Sequence record: SRR33789315_132
Reading direction: 5' to 3' (one strand)
DNA: 64,000 bases
Positions 41,447 to 51,708 of the stretch are shown here, one piece after another (positions within the stretch are counted from its first letter, which is position 1; the number at the start of each line of letters is the position of its first letter). Made by a program: the position numbers and the translations under genes. The notes under the pieces are model-generated. The model was not told the origin of the DNA. It did not search any database and saw only the letters and a program-made list of their open reading frames with translations.

Positions 41447-42663
41447 ATGCCACGCCAAAGCGCAGTGCTGCTGCAGCGCCGAGCACGCATATCACTATCC
41501 TCGGGTCCACTGGCTCCATTGGTAAAAGCACCTTAGAGGTGATTGCCCTGCATCCCCAGTATCAGGTATTCGCCCTCACGGCGAACCTGAATGTCCCCAT
41601 CATGCTTGAGCAATGCCAGCGCTTTAACCCGCGCTACGCTGTGATGGTCGATGAGCAGGCCGCTGAGGCATTGCGCAAGTCGTTGAAGGCCTACGGTTTG
41701 GACACCGAAGTACTGGCGGGTGAGCAGGCGCTAGTGAATATTGCGTCGCACCCAGACACCGATACCGTCATGGCGGCCATTGTCGGCAGTGCCGGGCTAC
41801 CCCCAACGCTTGCCGCGGTTGCGCACTCGAAGAAGGTATTGCTGGCGAATAAAGAAGCGTTGGTCATGGCGGGGGATTTGTTTATCAGTGCTCTTGCCGC
41901 GAGTGATGCGGTGTTATTGCCAATCGACAGCGAGCACAACGCCGTCTTCCAATGTTTGCCTCCCGAGACGCGCTTCGCGGGTGGCGACATCTGCAGTCAA
42001 GGCGTGCGCCGCGTCGTGCTTACCGCTTCTGGTGGGCCGTTTCGCGAGTCGCCACTCAGTGCTCTGGAGGGGGTGACCCCCGAACAGGCCTGTAAGCACC
42101 CCAATTGGAGTATGGGACGTAAGATTTCAGTCGACTCTGCGACCATGATGAATAAGGGGCTTGAAGTAATTGAGGCATGCTATCTGTTTGGTGTGGGGGC
42201 AGATCTAGTCGATGTGCTGATTCACCCGCAGAGTATTGTGCATTCCATGGTGGAATATGCCGATGGCTCCGTTCTCGCCCAGATGGGGAGCGCCGATATG
42301 CGGGTCCCCATTGCGTACAGCCTCGCCTGGCCCAATCGCATTGCCTCTGGCGCTGCCTATCTCGATCTGACCAAGCAGAGTGCGCTGGAGTTCTTTGCCC
42401 CGGATATGGAGCGTTTTCCTTGCTTGCGCTTGGGGTTTGAGGCGGCCAAGATGGGCGGAACCGCACCCACTATTTTAAATGCGGCCAATGAAGTAGCCGT
42501 GGAGTCTTTTTTACAGGGTAAGACTCGTTTCACGGCCATACCTGCTATCATTGCCGGGGTCTTAGAACAAATGACTTGTCGCAAAGCGGACACACTCGAT
42601 ATTATTCGGGAAGCGGATCGCAGCGCGCGTGCGAAGGCACAGCAAATAAGCGACAGACTTTGA
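41437..42663 (+). CDS. dxr: 1-deoxy-D-xylulose-5-phosphate reductoisomerase
   Basis: [22 protein letters not shown] and [18 protein letters not shown]. Confidence 0.98.
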   Translation: MDINATPKRSAAAAPSTHITILGSTGSIGKSTLEVIALHPQYQVFALTANLNVPIMLEQCQRFNPRYAVMVDEQAAEALRKSLKAYGLDTEVLAGEQALVNIASHPDTDTVMAAIVGSAGLPPTLAAVAHSKKVLLANKEALVMAGDLFISALAASDAVLLPIDSEHNAVFQCLPPETRFAGGDICSQGVRRVVLTASGGPFRESPLSALEGVTPEQACKHPNWSMGRKISVDSATMMNKGLEVIEACYLFGVGADLVDVLIHPQSIVHSMVEYADGSVLAQMGSADMRVPIAYSLAWPNRIASGAAYLDLTKQSALEFFAPDMERFPCLRLGFEAAKMGGTAPTILNAANEVAVESFLQGKTRFTAIPAIIAGVLEQMTCRKADTLDIIREADRSARAKAQQISDRL

Positions 42664-42756
42664 GATTATTGACGTAAACGCAGTTAAACGCTGCGCAATT
42701 CATGTGACAGAGCTGGGTGCTGCATAGTCTGCCCCCCGGGTGAAGTACAGATTATT

Positions 42757-44148
42757 ATGGCTCTACAACTGATAATTAACATCCTAGCGCTCCTTGTGAC
42801 GTTGGGAATTCTCGTTACCGTTCACGAGTTCGGGCACTTTTGGGTGGCACGGCGTTGCGGCGTCAAAGTGCTACGCTTCTCCATTGGTTTTGGGAAGGCA
42901 GTGAAAACTTGGGTCGGGAAAGACGGCACCGAGTACGTGATAGCGCCGATACCGCTTGGCGGTTACGTGAAGATGCTTGGCCAGGACGACACTAGCGTCG
43001 AGACTGAATCCAGTGTTCCTGATAGTCAAAAGCATATGTCATTCGCAAGTAAGCCCTTGTGGCAGCGAATGGCAATTGTCGCTGCAGGCCCGATCGCTAA
43101 CTTCCTCTTGGCCATTACCGTTTTCTGGATTATCAATGTGGCCTACGGCCTCAGTGGCACCTCCCCCGTATTAGCCAACGTATTGGAAGATTCTCCTGCT
43201 TACACAGCGGGTCTTCGTGCTGGCGATGAGATAGTCGCTGTCGATGGGGAAGAGGCGCAAATTTGGCAGCAGGTCACGATGCTTCTGCTGGCGCGTCTCG
43301 GCGAGACTGGGGATCTGCTCATTAGTGCCATCCCTGCGGGCCAGAGTAACCCGCAAGAGTTCCGAATCGCATTAGAGAGTTGGCAGTCGGACACCGCAGA
43401 GCCTAATCCGATAGGTTCCCTTGGCTTTGTCCAATATGAAATTCCCGCGGTGATTGAAGGGCTAGTGCCCAATGGTGCTGCCGAGCAAGCGGGGATGCAG
43501 CCTGGCGACCGTATCCTCACCGTAGATGGCACCCCTCTTACCGGGTGGCTGCAATGGGTGCAAAGAGTTCGCGCGAGTCCGGAACTGCCGCTAAACGTTG
43601 TTGTCCAACGAGATTCGAACACTGTGCCACTGACTATCGTGCCGCAGATCAGCGAGTCTGATGACGGCAGCAAGATTGGCGTTATCGGCGCGTATGTGCA
43701 GGAATTCGATTTGATGGCGAGCATGCCACCGGAGCGAATTCGCGAACTGCATTATAATCCACTGACCGCAATAATGCCGGCAGTGCAGGAGACTTGGGAA
43801 AAATCAGTCTTCGTGCTCGATTCAATTAAGAAGATGGTGATAGGCCTGATTTCGGTGAAGAATATCAATGGCCCAATCACAATCGCACAAGTTGCCGGGG
43901 AAACGGCGAGTTACGGCCTAGAAGTGTATCTTGGCTTTTTGGCAATTCTCAGTATTAGTTTGGGGGTGCTTAATTTACTCCCAATCCCGGTGCTGGACGG
44001 GGGGCATTTGCTCTATTACAGCGTAGAAGCAGTTATTCGGCGCCCGGTGCCGGAGCGCATTCAAACGATGGGCCTTCAGTTGGGTTTACTTCTTATCTCA
44101 GGGGTCATGGTATTAGCGGTATATAACGATGTCAGTCGGCTCTTGTGA
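42757..44148 (+). CDS. rseP: Intramembrane metalloprotease RseP
   Basis: HEFGH, PLGGYVKM, two PDZ domains and NLLPIPVLDGG. Confidence 0.97.
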   Translation: MALQLIINILALLVTLGILVTVHEFGHFWVARRCGVKVLRFSIGFGKAVKTWVGKDGTEYVIAPIPLGGYVKMLGQDDTSVETESSVPDSQKHMSFASKPLWQRMAIVAAGPIANFLLAITVFWIINVAYGLSGTSPVLANVLEDSPAYTAGLRAGDEIVAVDGEEAQIWQQVTMLLLARLGETGDLLISAIPAGQSNPQEFRIALESWQSDTAEPNPIGSLGFVQYEIPAVIEGLVPNGAAEQAGMQPGDRILTVDGTPLTGWLQWVQRVRASPELPLNVVVQRDSNTVPLTIVPQISESDDGSKIGVIGAYVQEFDLMASMPPERIRELHYNPLTAIMPAVQETWEKSVFVLDSIKKMVIGLISVKNINGPITIAQVAGETASYGLEVYLGFLAILSISLGVLNLLPIPVLDGGHLLYYSVEAVIRRPVPERIQTMGLQLGLLLISGVMVLAVYNDVSRLL

Positions 44149-44222
44149 TACCCGAGGATCTTCTGCGTAACTCTCACTTTCCATTCGATAAAAGCTACTA
44201 GACTCAGGCTTGAACCACATTC

Positions 44223-46895
44223 ATGACTAGATCCTTATTAAGTACATTAATTTTGTCCACAGTGGCATCCACTGCCGCTTACGCGCAGAATTTCGTAATC
44301 GAAGACATTCAGATCGATGGCCTCCAGAGAATCTCCTCTGGCGTTGTCTTTGGTCTGTTGCCAGTTGGCATTGGCGATGTGGTAAGCGATAGCGTGCCCG
44401 CCGATATCATTCGCGCCATTACCGCTTCGGAATATTTCGAAGACGTCGAGGTGGCACGCGAAGGTAATGTGCTCTTCATTACCGTGTTGGAGCGGCCCTC
44501 TGTCAGTGAAATCAACATCACTGGTAACAAGGTGCTCAAGAGCGAGGATATCCTCGAAAACATGGCCACCGCAGACATCACCGAGGGGGGCATCTTCACA
44601 CGCGCCACTCTCGAGGCGATTCGTCAGGGTATCCAGGAAGTGTATTCAGGCCGTGGACGCTACGGCACCACGGTAGAGATCGATATTGAAGAACAACCAC
44701 GTAACCGTGTTGCGATCAATATGACGATCAACGAAGGCAAAGAAAGCCGCATTCAATACATTAATATTGTGGGCAATAATGCTTTCGATGACGATGAGTT
44801 ACTGGATCTGTTCGATCTCGGGCTCAAGCCTTGGTACAACCCCTTTAGTGGCCGCAATAAGTACTCACGTGAGCAGCTTACTGGCGATCTGGAAAAGCTG
44901 ACTTCCCATTATATGGATAATGGCTACGTGCGTTTCAATATCGACTCCACGCCAATCTCTATCACTCCTGACAACGAAGAAATTTACATCACCATCAATG
45001 TCACAGAGGGTGAGCAGTACGTCGTCAATGAAGTGAATCTTGCGGGTGACTTAGTGAACACTGAGGCGATTCTGCGTGCCTATACCGTGGTAGCGCCAGG
45101 ACAAACATTTTCACAGGCTTTGGTTACCGCTACCGAAGAATATATGACCCAGATTCTGGGCAATTTCGGTTATGCCTTTGCCGAAGTGAATGGCGTCCCC
45201 GAGATTAATGAAGAAGATGAAACGGTCGATGTGACTTTCTTCGTAGATGCGGGCAATCGCACCTATGTCAATCGTGTAAATTTCATTGGCAATGTCGCGA
45301 CAGCGGATGAAGTATTGCGTCGTGAAATGCGTCAGTTGGAAAGCGCTCCAGCGTCAAGCCAATTGATCGAACTTTCCAAGGTTAGGCTTGAACGTCTTGG
45401 CTATTTCTCGACAGTGGAAGTTGATACGATCGAAGTGCCGGGCACTACCGATCAGATCGATGTGCAGTATACGGTAGAGGAGCAGAACTTCAGCAATATC
45501 TCCTTTAGCGTTGGCTCTGGCGGCGGGGGCGATTTCTTCATCAGCTCTTCTTTGCAGGCGCAGAACTTCCTTGGTACTGGCCGCACCATCGGTATCGGTA
45601 TTAATAAAAGTACGTTCCAGAAAAGCTTGAACTTCAGCTATCTTGATCCTTACTTTACAGCCGATGGCGTGAGTCGCGGTTTTAACGTGTTTTTGCAAGA
45701 ACAAGATTCGCCCTTCAATATTGCCAGCTTCTCCACCAAGTCTTACGGCGGTTCTTTTAACTTTGCCTATCCAATTAGCGAGATCCAGCAGATCGGCTTT
45801 AATGTTGGCTATACCCACACGGAGTTAAGCTCTGGTGGTTTTACGGTACAAGAGATCGAATCCAGCCCTCAGCTATTTGATGGAGTGGACCGATACATTA
45901 TAGAGGAAGCGAACGAAAACCCATTCGATGGTCCGGTGATGGATTCGACTGGTGGTTTCGTAGTCGACTTGCCTACCGAGTATCTGAACCAGAATCCGGA
46001 TAAGGGTTTTATCGATAAACAGGGCACCACCTTCGATAATTTCACGTTCTCTACTAATTGGCTTCGCAGCACGTTGAACCGGGGTCAGTTGCCGACAGCG
46101 GGTACCTTCCAGCAACTTTCTTTCGAGGTGACTACGCCAGGCAGTGACTTGGAATACTATAAGTTTAACTATGCTGCGCAGTACTATAAGCCCATTGTTG
46201 GTGACTTTATTTTCGCCATGCGCGGGAACATAGGCTACGGCGGTGGCTACGGCAGTACCGATGGGCTACCGTTCTTCCAGAACTTCTTCGCGGGGGGCTT
46301 GTCCTCCAATGGTGTAGTGCGTGGTTTCGATGAGAACAGCTTAGGTCCAAGAAGTACGGACCCGCGGCGCTATCTGACCGGTGCGGCCGCGTTGGTGCGT
46401 GACGAGAATGGGGAGATCGTGCGTAACGAGGCGGGTTTTGCCCAAATCGATCCTAGGCAGTTCGGTTATTTAACGACTCCAGTTGTGGATGCCAATGGCG
46501 AGCAAGTGCTTGATGCCAATGGAGTTCCACGCGTACAACTGGCCGTAGAAGGGATCGCACTAAATCAGAATTTAGACGCGTTTGGGGGTAATATCTTAAC
46601 TACCGGTAGTGTAGAATTGCTCTTCCCTATACCGTTTGTAACCGATAGAAGTAGGGTGCGTTCGTCGTTGTTTTTAGACGCGGGTAACGTGTTCTCGTCT
46701 AACTGCACAACGCTCCAAAGTCTGCAGAAAAACTGTAGCGACTTCGATTTCAAGGAGTTTAGATACTCTGTTGGTATCAGCGTGACGTATTTGTCGCCTT
46801 TCGGGCCATTGACATTCTATGTCGCCAAACCGGTCTCTAAGGATGACGGTGATGACACCAAGACCTTCGACTTCACCATTGGCGCAGGTTTCTAG
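44223..46895 (+). CDS. bamA: Outer membrane protein assembly factor BamA
   Basis: POTRA domains (GLQRI, DEVLRREMRQ), VRGF, SPFGPL and C-terminal F; 890 aa with loop insertions. Confidence 0.97.
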   Translation: MTRSLLSTLILSTVASTAAYAQNFVIEDIQIDGLQRISSGVVFGLLPVGIGDVVSDSVPADIIRAITASEYFEDVEVAREGNVLFITVLERPSVSEINITGNKVLKSEDILENMATADITEGGIFTRATLEAIRQGIQEVYSGRGRYGTTVEIDIEEQPRNRVAINMTINEGKESRIQYINIVGNNAFDDDELLDLFDLGLKPWYNPFSGRNKYSREQLTGDLEKLTSHYMDNGYVRFNIDSTPISITPDNEEIYITINVTEGEQYVVNEVNLAGDLVNTEAILRAYTVVAPGQTFSQALVTATEEYMTQILGNFGYAFAEVNGVPEINEEDETVDVTFFVDAGNRTYVNRVNFIGNVATADEVLRREMRQLESAPASSQLIELSKVRLERLGYFSTVEVDTIEVPGTTDQIDVQYTVEEQNFSNISFSVGSGGGGDFFISSSLQAQNFLGTGRTIGIGINKSTFQKSLNFSYLDPYFTADGVSRGFNVFLQEQDSPFNIASFSTKSYGGSFNFAYPISEIQQIGFNVGYTHTELSSGGFTVQEIESSPQLFDGVDRYIIEEANENPFDGPVMDSTGGFVVDLPTEYLNQNPDKGFIDKQGTTFDNFTFSTNWLRSTLNRGQLPTAGTFQQLSFEVTTPGSDLEYYKFNYAAQYYKPIVGDFIFAMRGNIGYGGGYGSTDGLPFFQNFFAGGLSSNGVVRGFDENSLGPRSTDPRRYLTGAAALVRDENGEIVRNEAGFAQIDPRQFGYLTTPVVDANGEQVLDANGVPRVQLAVEGIALNQNLDAFGGNILTTGSVELLFPIPFVTDRSRVRSSLFLDAGNVFSSNCTTLQSLQKNCSDFDFKEFRYSVGISVTYLSPFGPLTFYVAKPVSKDDGDDTKTFDFTIGAGF

Positions 46896-47006
46896 GGTAG
46901 TAAATAAATTAATGTGTGGCTGTATTTACGTGACAGCGCACGCGCAATGCAACAAGAACATCGCAGTGTATCAATGCTGCTTAATAGCTTATTCGGAGAT
47001 TGGATA

Positions 47007-47519
47007 GTGAAAACGATATCGAAAGTACTGGCAATTGCAGGTTTGTTATTAGCGTCTAGTGTTACGTTCGCACAGCAGCCCGTGGTGGGTGTTGTAAGTC
47101 TCGAGCAGGCCCTGTTTAACTCTCAGGCTGCGCAGACAATGCAAGCATCCATTCAAGAGGAGTTTCGCGATGATCAAGAGCGCGCAGACCGTTTGAATAC
47201 TGAGCTTCGTGATTTGGTAGCCCGTGCTCAGCGCGATGAGTCGATCATGAGCGATTCTGAAAAACGTAAGATCAACTCTGACGCGCAAGAGAAGCAGGTC
47301 CAGCTACAGCTTATCTCAGAGCGAGTACAAGCGGCCTTGCAAGAGCGCCAACAGGCGTTCGTTGACAGCATGCGTCAGAACCTCGGCGCGGCCATTCAAG
47401 CAGTCGTTCAAGACGGCGGATATACATTGGTTTTGAATGCAGATAGTGTCGCGTTTTTCGACAATGTTTATGACATTACTGGAAAAGTGACAGCCAAACT
47501 CAATGAGTTAAATCAGTAA
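47007..47519 (+). CDS. skp: Periplasmic chaperone Skp/OmpH
   Basis: Signal peptide, coiled-coil body, YTLVL..DITGKV; GGAG SD before GTG 47007. Confidence 0.92.
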   Translation: MKTISKVLAIAGLLLASSVTFAQQPVVGVVSLEQALFNSQAAQTMQASIQEEFRDDQERADRLNTELRDLVARAQRDESIMSDSEKRKINSDAQEKQVQLQLISERVQAALQERQQAFVDSMRQNLGAAIQAVVQDGGYTLVLNADSVAFFDNVYDITGKVTAKLNELNQ

Positions 47520-47526
47520 TTGCGCA

Positions 47527-48576
47527 GTGACAGGGTCTCACCAAGTGAGCAAACAGACTGTCTACACACTGAGTGAGTTATCCGCGCGACTCGACGTCGA
47601 GTTGCGCGGAGACCCAACGCTGCTGATCGATGGTCTTGCAACACTCAAAAGCGCCACTGCTGGAAAGCTTAGTTTTCTTAGCAATCCTCGTTACGTTCAT
47701 CAACTCTCAGGCACTCAAGCAAGCGCAGTGATCATCGATCCCGCGTTTGCCGAAAGCTGTTCCTGTGCGCAATTGCTATCTAGCAACCCCTATGTCACTT
47801 ACGCGCGAGCATCGCAGCTCTTTGCTCTTGCGAGTGCCCAGGCATCAGGTGTACATGAGTCCGCTTACGTGCATCCGAGTGCAGTGATAGGCGAGCGAGT
47901 GAGCATTGGTCCCTTCGCGGTTATAGCTGCCGGGGTGTCAATTGGAGCCGGAACTTCAATAGGTGCCGGGTGCAACATTGGTGCGCGTAGTAGTCTTGGC
48001 GAGAACTGTACTTTATTTTCCAATGTGAGCCTCTATCACGATGTGCATATTGCCGACAGAGCTGTGTTGCATTCCTCGGTAGTGATTGGGGCGGACGGAT
48101 TTGGGTTCGCGTTCGATGGCAAGCAATCGATTAAGATAGCTCAACTCGGCGGTGTGCAGATTGGCAACGATGTTGAAATCGGGGCGGGTTCTACGATCGA
48201 CCGTGGTGCACTCGATGATACGATTATTGAACACGGAGTTAAGATAGATAATCACGTGCAAATTGCGCATAATTGCGTAATTGGTGAGCACACGATTATT
48301 TGTGGCTGCAGCGCCATAGCGGGTAGTACTACAATAGGTCGCTATTGCACTATCGGTGGTGGCGTCGGAGTGATTGGGCACTTACAGATCGCCGATAAAG
48401 TCATGATCAGCGCAATGTCATTAGTGAGTCAGTCGATACCTGAGGCAGGAATTTACTCCTCGGGCACTGGCTTGTTGGAGTCTAAGGAGTGGAAGCGCAA
48501 CATCGTTCGCTTCCGACAACTAGACGATATGGCCAAGCGGCTTAAAGAACTAGAAAAAGTCACATTAGGAAAATAG
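47527..48576 (+). CDS. lpxD: UDP-3-O-acyl-glucosamine N-acyltransferase
   Basis: Hexapeptide repeats, IGADGFG, IDRGALDDT and KIDNHVQIAHN. Confidence 0.97.
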   Translation: MTGSHQVSKQTVYTLSELSARLDVELRGDPTLLIDGLATLKSATAGKLSFLSNPRYVHQLSGTQASAVIIDPAFAESCSCAQLLSSNPYVTYARASQLFALASAQASGVHESAYVHPSAVIGERVSIGPFAVIAAGVSIGAGTSIGAGCNIGARSSLGENCTLFSNVSLYHDVHIADRAVLHSSVVIGADGFGFAFDGKQSIKIAQLGGVQIGNDVEIGAGSTIDRGALDDTIIEHGVKIDNHVQIAHNCVIGEHTIICGCSAIAGSTTIGRYCTIGGGVGVIGHLQIADKVMISAMSLVSQSIPEAGIYSSGTGLLESKEWKRNIVRFRQLDDMAKRLKELEKVTLGK

Positions 48577-48639
48577 TCCTCGCCTAATGTATTGAATTGA
48601 ATCGAAGAAAATACGGACGCCTGCGTCAGGAACATTAAG

Positions 48640-49086
48640 ATGATGAACATCGAAGAAATAAAGGAATACTTACCCCAGCGATATCCCTTTTTGTTAGTGG
48701 ATAGAGTGGTGGAAATCGAGCTTGGGAAGTCTATCCTTGCCTATAAGAATGTCTCTGTGAATGAGCACTTCTTCGAGGGACATTTCCCTGGGCGACCCAT
48801 CATGCCTGGCGTACTAATTATCGAAGCCTTGGCGCAAGCAGCAGGCGTGCTTGGATTCAAGAGCCAAGAGAAGAAGCCTAAAGATGGCTATCTCTATTAT
48901 TTCGTTGGCGCCGATGACGTTCGTCTCAAGAAACCCGTAGTACCAGGTGACAGGCTCATGTTGGAGGCCGTTATAGTAACGAGTAAGCGCGGCATCTATA
49001 AATTCCAATGTACAGCGCGTGTGGACGATCAACTCGTCTGTTCAGCTGTCATCATGTGTGCGGAAAGGAAGAATGAAATTGATTGA
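48640..49086 (+). CDS. fabZ: 3-hydroxyacyl-ACP dehydratase
   Basis: RYPFLLVDR and [18 protein letters not shown]. Confidence 0.98.
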   Translation: MMNIEEIKEYLPQRYPFLLVDRVVEIELGKSILAYKNVSVNEHFFEGHFPGRPIMPGVLIIEALAQAAGVLGFKSQEKKPKDGYLYYFVGADDVRLKKPVVPGDRLMLEAVIVTSKRGIYKFQCTARVDDQLVCSAVIMCAERKNEID

Positions 49087-49849
49087 TCCGCGAGCCATCA
49101 TTGATCCAAGCGCGAAACTGGCCGATAACGTCAGTGTTGGGCCGTGGAGCATTATCGGGCCAGGTGTAGAGATAGACGAAGGGTGTCAAATTGCCTCGCA
49201 TGTCGTCGTGCGCGCGAATACTAAGATCGGCAAGAATAATAAGATCTTCCAGTTTGCCTCTGTTGGGGAAGACCCTGCCGACAAGAAGTTTGAAGGTGAG
49301 CAGACGTGGCTGGAGATCGGCTCAGACAATGTGATTCGCGAAGGCGCAACATTGCATAGAGGTACCGGTTTTGGCGGCGGTGTGACTCGCATTGGTAGTC
49401 ACAATCTATTGATGCCCTATGTGCATATTGCGCACGACTGTATCGTTGGGAATAACAGCATCTTTGCCAATAATGTGGGGATATCAGGCCATGTTGAAGT
49501 GGGCGACTGGGCGATTCTAGGGGGCTATGCAGGGGTTAATCAATTCCTCAAGATTGGCGCACATTCGATGATCGGTGGCATGACGCATGTCAGCAACGAT
49601 GTGCCTGCCTATGTGATCGTGAGTGGCACGCCACCTGAGGCCCGTAGCATTAATGCAATTGGACTTGAGCGTCGTGGCTTTAGCAAAGATGTGATCTTAG
49701 TGATTCGTAAGGCCTATAAGATTGTTTACAAGAAAGGGCTTACAGTGAAGGAAGCTCTGGAAGAGTTGCAGCCAATTGCGGAACAGCACCCGGAGATTCA
49801 ACTTTTCGTTGATTCCATCGTATCCTCCACAAGAGGCATTCAACGCTAA
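49073..49849 (+). CDS. lpxA: UDP-GlcNAc O-acyltransferase
   Basis: IDPRAII, IRE..T.HRGT, HIAHDC and N..GLERRG. Confidence 0.97.
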   Translation: MKLIDPRAIIDPSAKLADNVSVGPWSIIGPGVEIDEGCQIASHVVVRANTKIGKNNKIFQFASVGEDPADKKFEGEQTWLEIGSDNVIREGATLHRGTGFGGGVTRIGSHNLLMPYVHIAHDCIVGNNSIFANNVGISGHVEVGDWAILGGYAGVNQFLKIGAHSMIGGMTHVSNDVPAYVIVSGTPPEARSINAIGLERRGFSKDVILVIRKAYKIVYKKGLTVKEALEELQPIAEQHPEIQLFVDSIVSSTRGIQR

Positions 49850-49910
49850 GGCCGTTAGGGGCGGGCTCTGCCTGTCCTAATGGCACCTTGGCACTACAGC
49901 GGAGAGTGGC

Positions 49911-51074
49911 GTGCGAGTTGGCATGATTGCAGGGGAAGCCTCTGGCGATACGCTTGGCGAAGGATTGATTCAGGCGATTCGCCGGCTCTGTCCAGACGCT
50001 AGCTTCGAGGGGATTGGCGGTCCGAAAATGATTGCCGAAGGCTTCAATAGTTTCGTGCCAATGGAAAGACTGTCCGTAATGGGGTTCGTTGAGCCCCTTG
50101 CGCGCCTCCCAGAATTACTCCGTATCAAGAAGAACCTCGAAACCCGTTTCATTGCCTCTCCGCCAGATGTATTCGTCGGCATCGATTCGCCTGCTTTTAA
50201 CTTGAGAGTGGAGCAGGTGCTGCATGATGCCAAGATTCCTACAGTGCATTACGTCAGCCCTAGTGTGTGGGCGTATGATCAAAAACGCATTCACAAGATC
50301 GCCAAGGCAACCGACTTAGTGCTGGCACTCTTTCCATTCGAGACTCCCTTTTACGATCAGCATAAAGTGCCCGTGCGCTTCGTTGGGCATCCCCTCGCAG
50401 ATGCCATCGCAATGGATGGTGGCGGCTCAGATGAGCAAGAGGCCGCACGTACAACACTGGGGGTGAACGAGGCAGGCGAATACATCGCATTGATGCCGGG
50501 CAGTCGCCGCAACGAGATTGCACGGCTCGGGCCGGTCTTTATTCAGACGGCTTTACGTGTCCGCCAGCGCAACCCCGCATTACAATTTCTCATTCCTTGT
50601 GCCAACCACGAACGTTACACGCAGGTCTCCGATCTTTTGCAGGATGCAGGGGCAGGGGATGGCTTCCATGTTTTCGATGGTCAGTCCCATGCCGCCATGC
50701 GCGCCGCAGACATGGTATTACTCGCTTCGGGTACTGCGACACTGGAGGCGATGCTATTGAAGCGTCCGATGGTGGTGGCCTATAGCCTTTCTCCCCTCAC
50801 GTACATGCTGGCATCAAGAATGCTAAAGGTTCCCTATGTATCGCTACCCAATCTCTTGGCTGGGGAGCGGCTCGTGGCGGAGTTTCTGCAATACGCTGTC
50901 ACCGTTGATAATCTAAGCGCCGAAATAGAGCGACTCATGCATGATAAGCAAGCGCACGAAACTCTGCTGTCAGGCTACCGCGAAATTCATGAGCAGATTC
51001 GCTGCGATGCAGACACCCAAGCTGCGAAAGCCGTACTGGAAATTGCGAGCAAGTTTGCTCGTCAAGAGGCGTAG
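49911..51074 (+). CDS. lpxB: Lipid-A-disaccharide synthase
   Basis: AGEASGD, HYVSPSVWA, PGSR and SGTATLE. Confidence 0.97.
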   Translation: MRVGMIAGEASGDTLGEGLIQAIRRLCPDASFEGIGGPKMIAEGFNSFVPMERLSVMGFVEPLARLPELLRIKKNLETRFIASPPDVFVGIDSPAFNLRVEQVLHDAKIPTVHYVSPSVWAYDQKRIHKIAKATDLVLALFPFETPFYDQHKVPVRFVGHPLADAIAMDGGGSDEQEAARTTLGVNEAGEYIALMPGSRRNEIARLGPVFIQTALRVRQRNPALQFLIPCANHERYTQVSDLLQDAGAGDGFHVFDGQSHAAMRAADMVLLASGTATLEAMLLKRPMVVAYSLSPLTYMLASRMLKVPYVSLPNLLAGERLVAEFLQYAVTVDNLSAEIERLMHDKQAHETLLSGYREIHEQIRCDADTQAAKAVLEIASKFARQEA

Positions 51075-51077
51075 GCG

Positions 51078-51683
51078 ATGCAGCTGAGTTTTCCCTATCC
51101 CGATGTCCCGCATGCACTCGTAGCCGGTGTGGATGAGGTCGGTCGTGGACCACTTGCAGGCGATGTGGTAGCCGCCGCTGTAATACTAGACCCTAAGCAT
51201 CCAATTGCGCATTTGAATGACTCCAAAAAACTGACTACCGCGCAACGCGAGAGACTTTTTCAAGTCATCATTGATTCCGCCCTATGCTATGCTTTGGGGC
51301 GAGCGAGTGCGGCGGAAATCGACGCCATCAATATCTTACAAGCGAGCCTACTGGCGATGTCCCGCGCCGCGGCGGCACTATCAACGCAGCCCGGATTTGT
51401 CTACGTCGACGGACTCTATTGCCCGCGTTGGGATTACCCGAGCACGGCGGTGGTCAAGGGTGACTCGAAAGTCGATTGTATCGCCGCGGCATCGATACTC
51501 GCCAAGGTAACGCGAGATCGAGAAATGGAGGTGTTGGAGGCGCGCTATCCTGGTTATGGATTCGCACAGCACAAAGGCTATCCAACGGCAGTACATCTGC
51601 AGGCTCTAGCAAAGCTCGGTCCCTGTGCCGTTCATCGCCGCTCGTACAAGCCCGTGCAATTGGCCATGGCCCAGTCCCAATAA
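51078..51683 (+). CDS. rnhB: Ribonuclease HII
   Basis: [28 protein letters not shown] and HKGYPT. Confidence 0.98.
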   Translation: MQLSFPYPDVPHALVAGVDEVGRGPLAGDVVAAAVILDPKHPIAHLNDSKKLTTAQRERLFQVIIDSALCYALGRASAAEIDAINILQASLLAMSRAAAALSTQPGFVYVDGLYCPRWDYPSTAVVKGDSKVDCIAAASILAKVTRDREMEVLEARYPGYGFAQHKGYPTAVHLQALAKLGPCAVHRRSYKPVQLAMAQSQ

Positions 51684-51708
51684 AATTCTAGAGACAACCT
51701 GAGAGAAC

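Noticed and set aside
43200..43724. Long antisense ORFs over core genes (e.g. 43200-43724, 37400-37873, 45354-45818, 31192-31641)
   Set aside because: They are fully nested opposite well-conserved genes, show no recognisable motifs, and are explained by codon bias.
48601..48660. Direct repeat ATCGAAGAAA before and inside the fabZ start
   Set aside because: It is only 10 bp, A-rich and plausible by chance.
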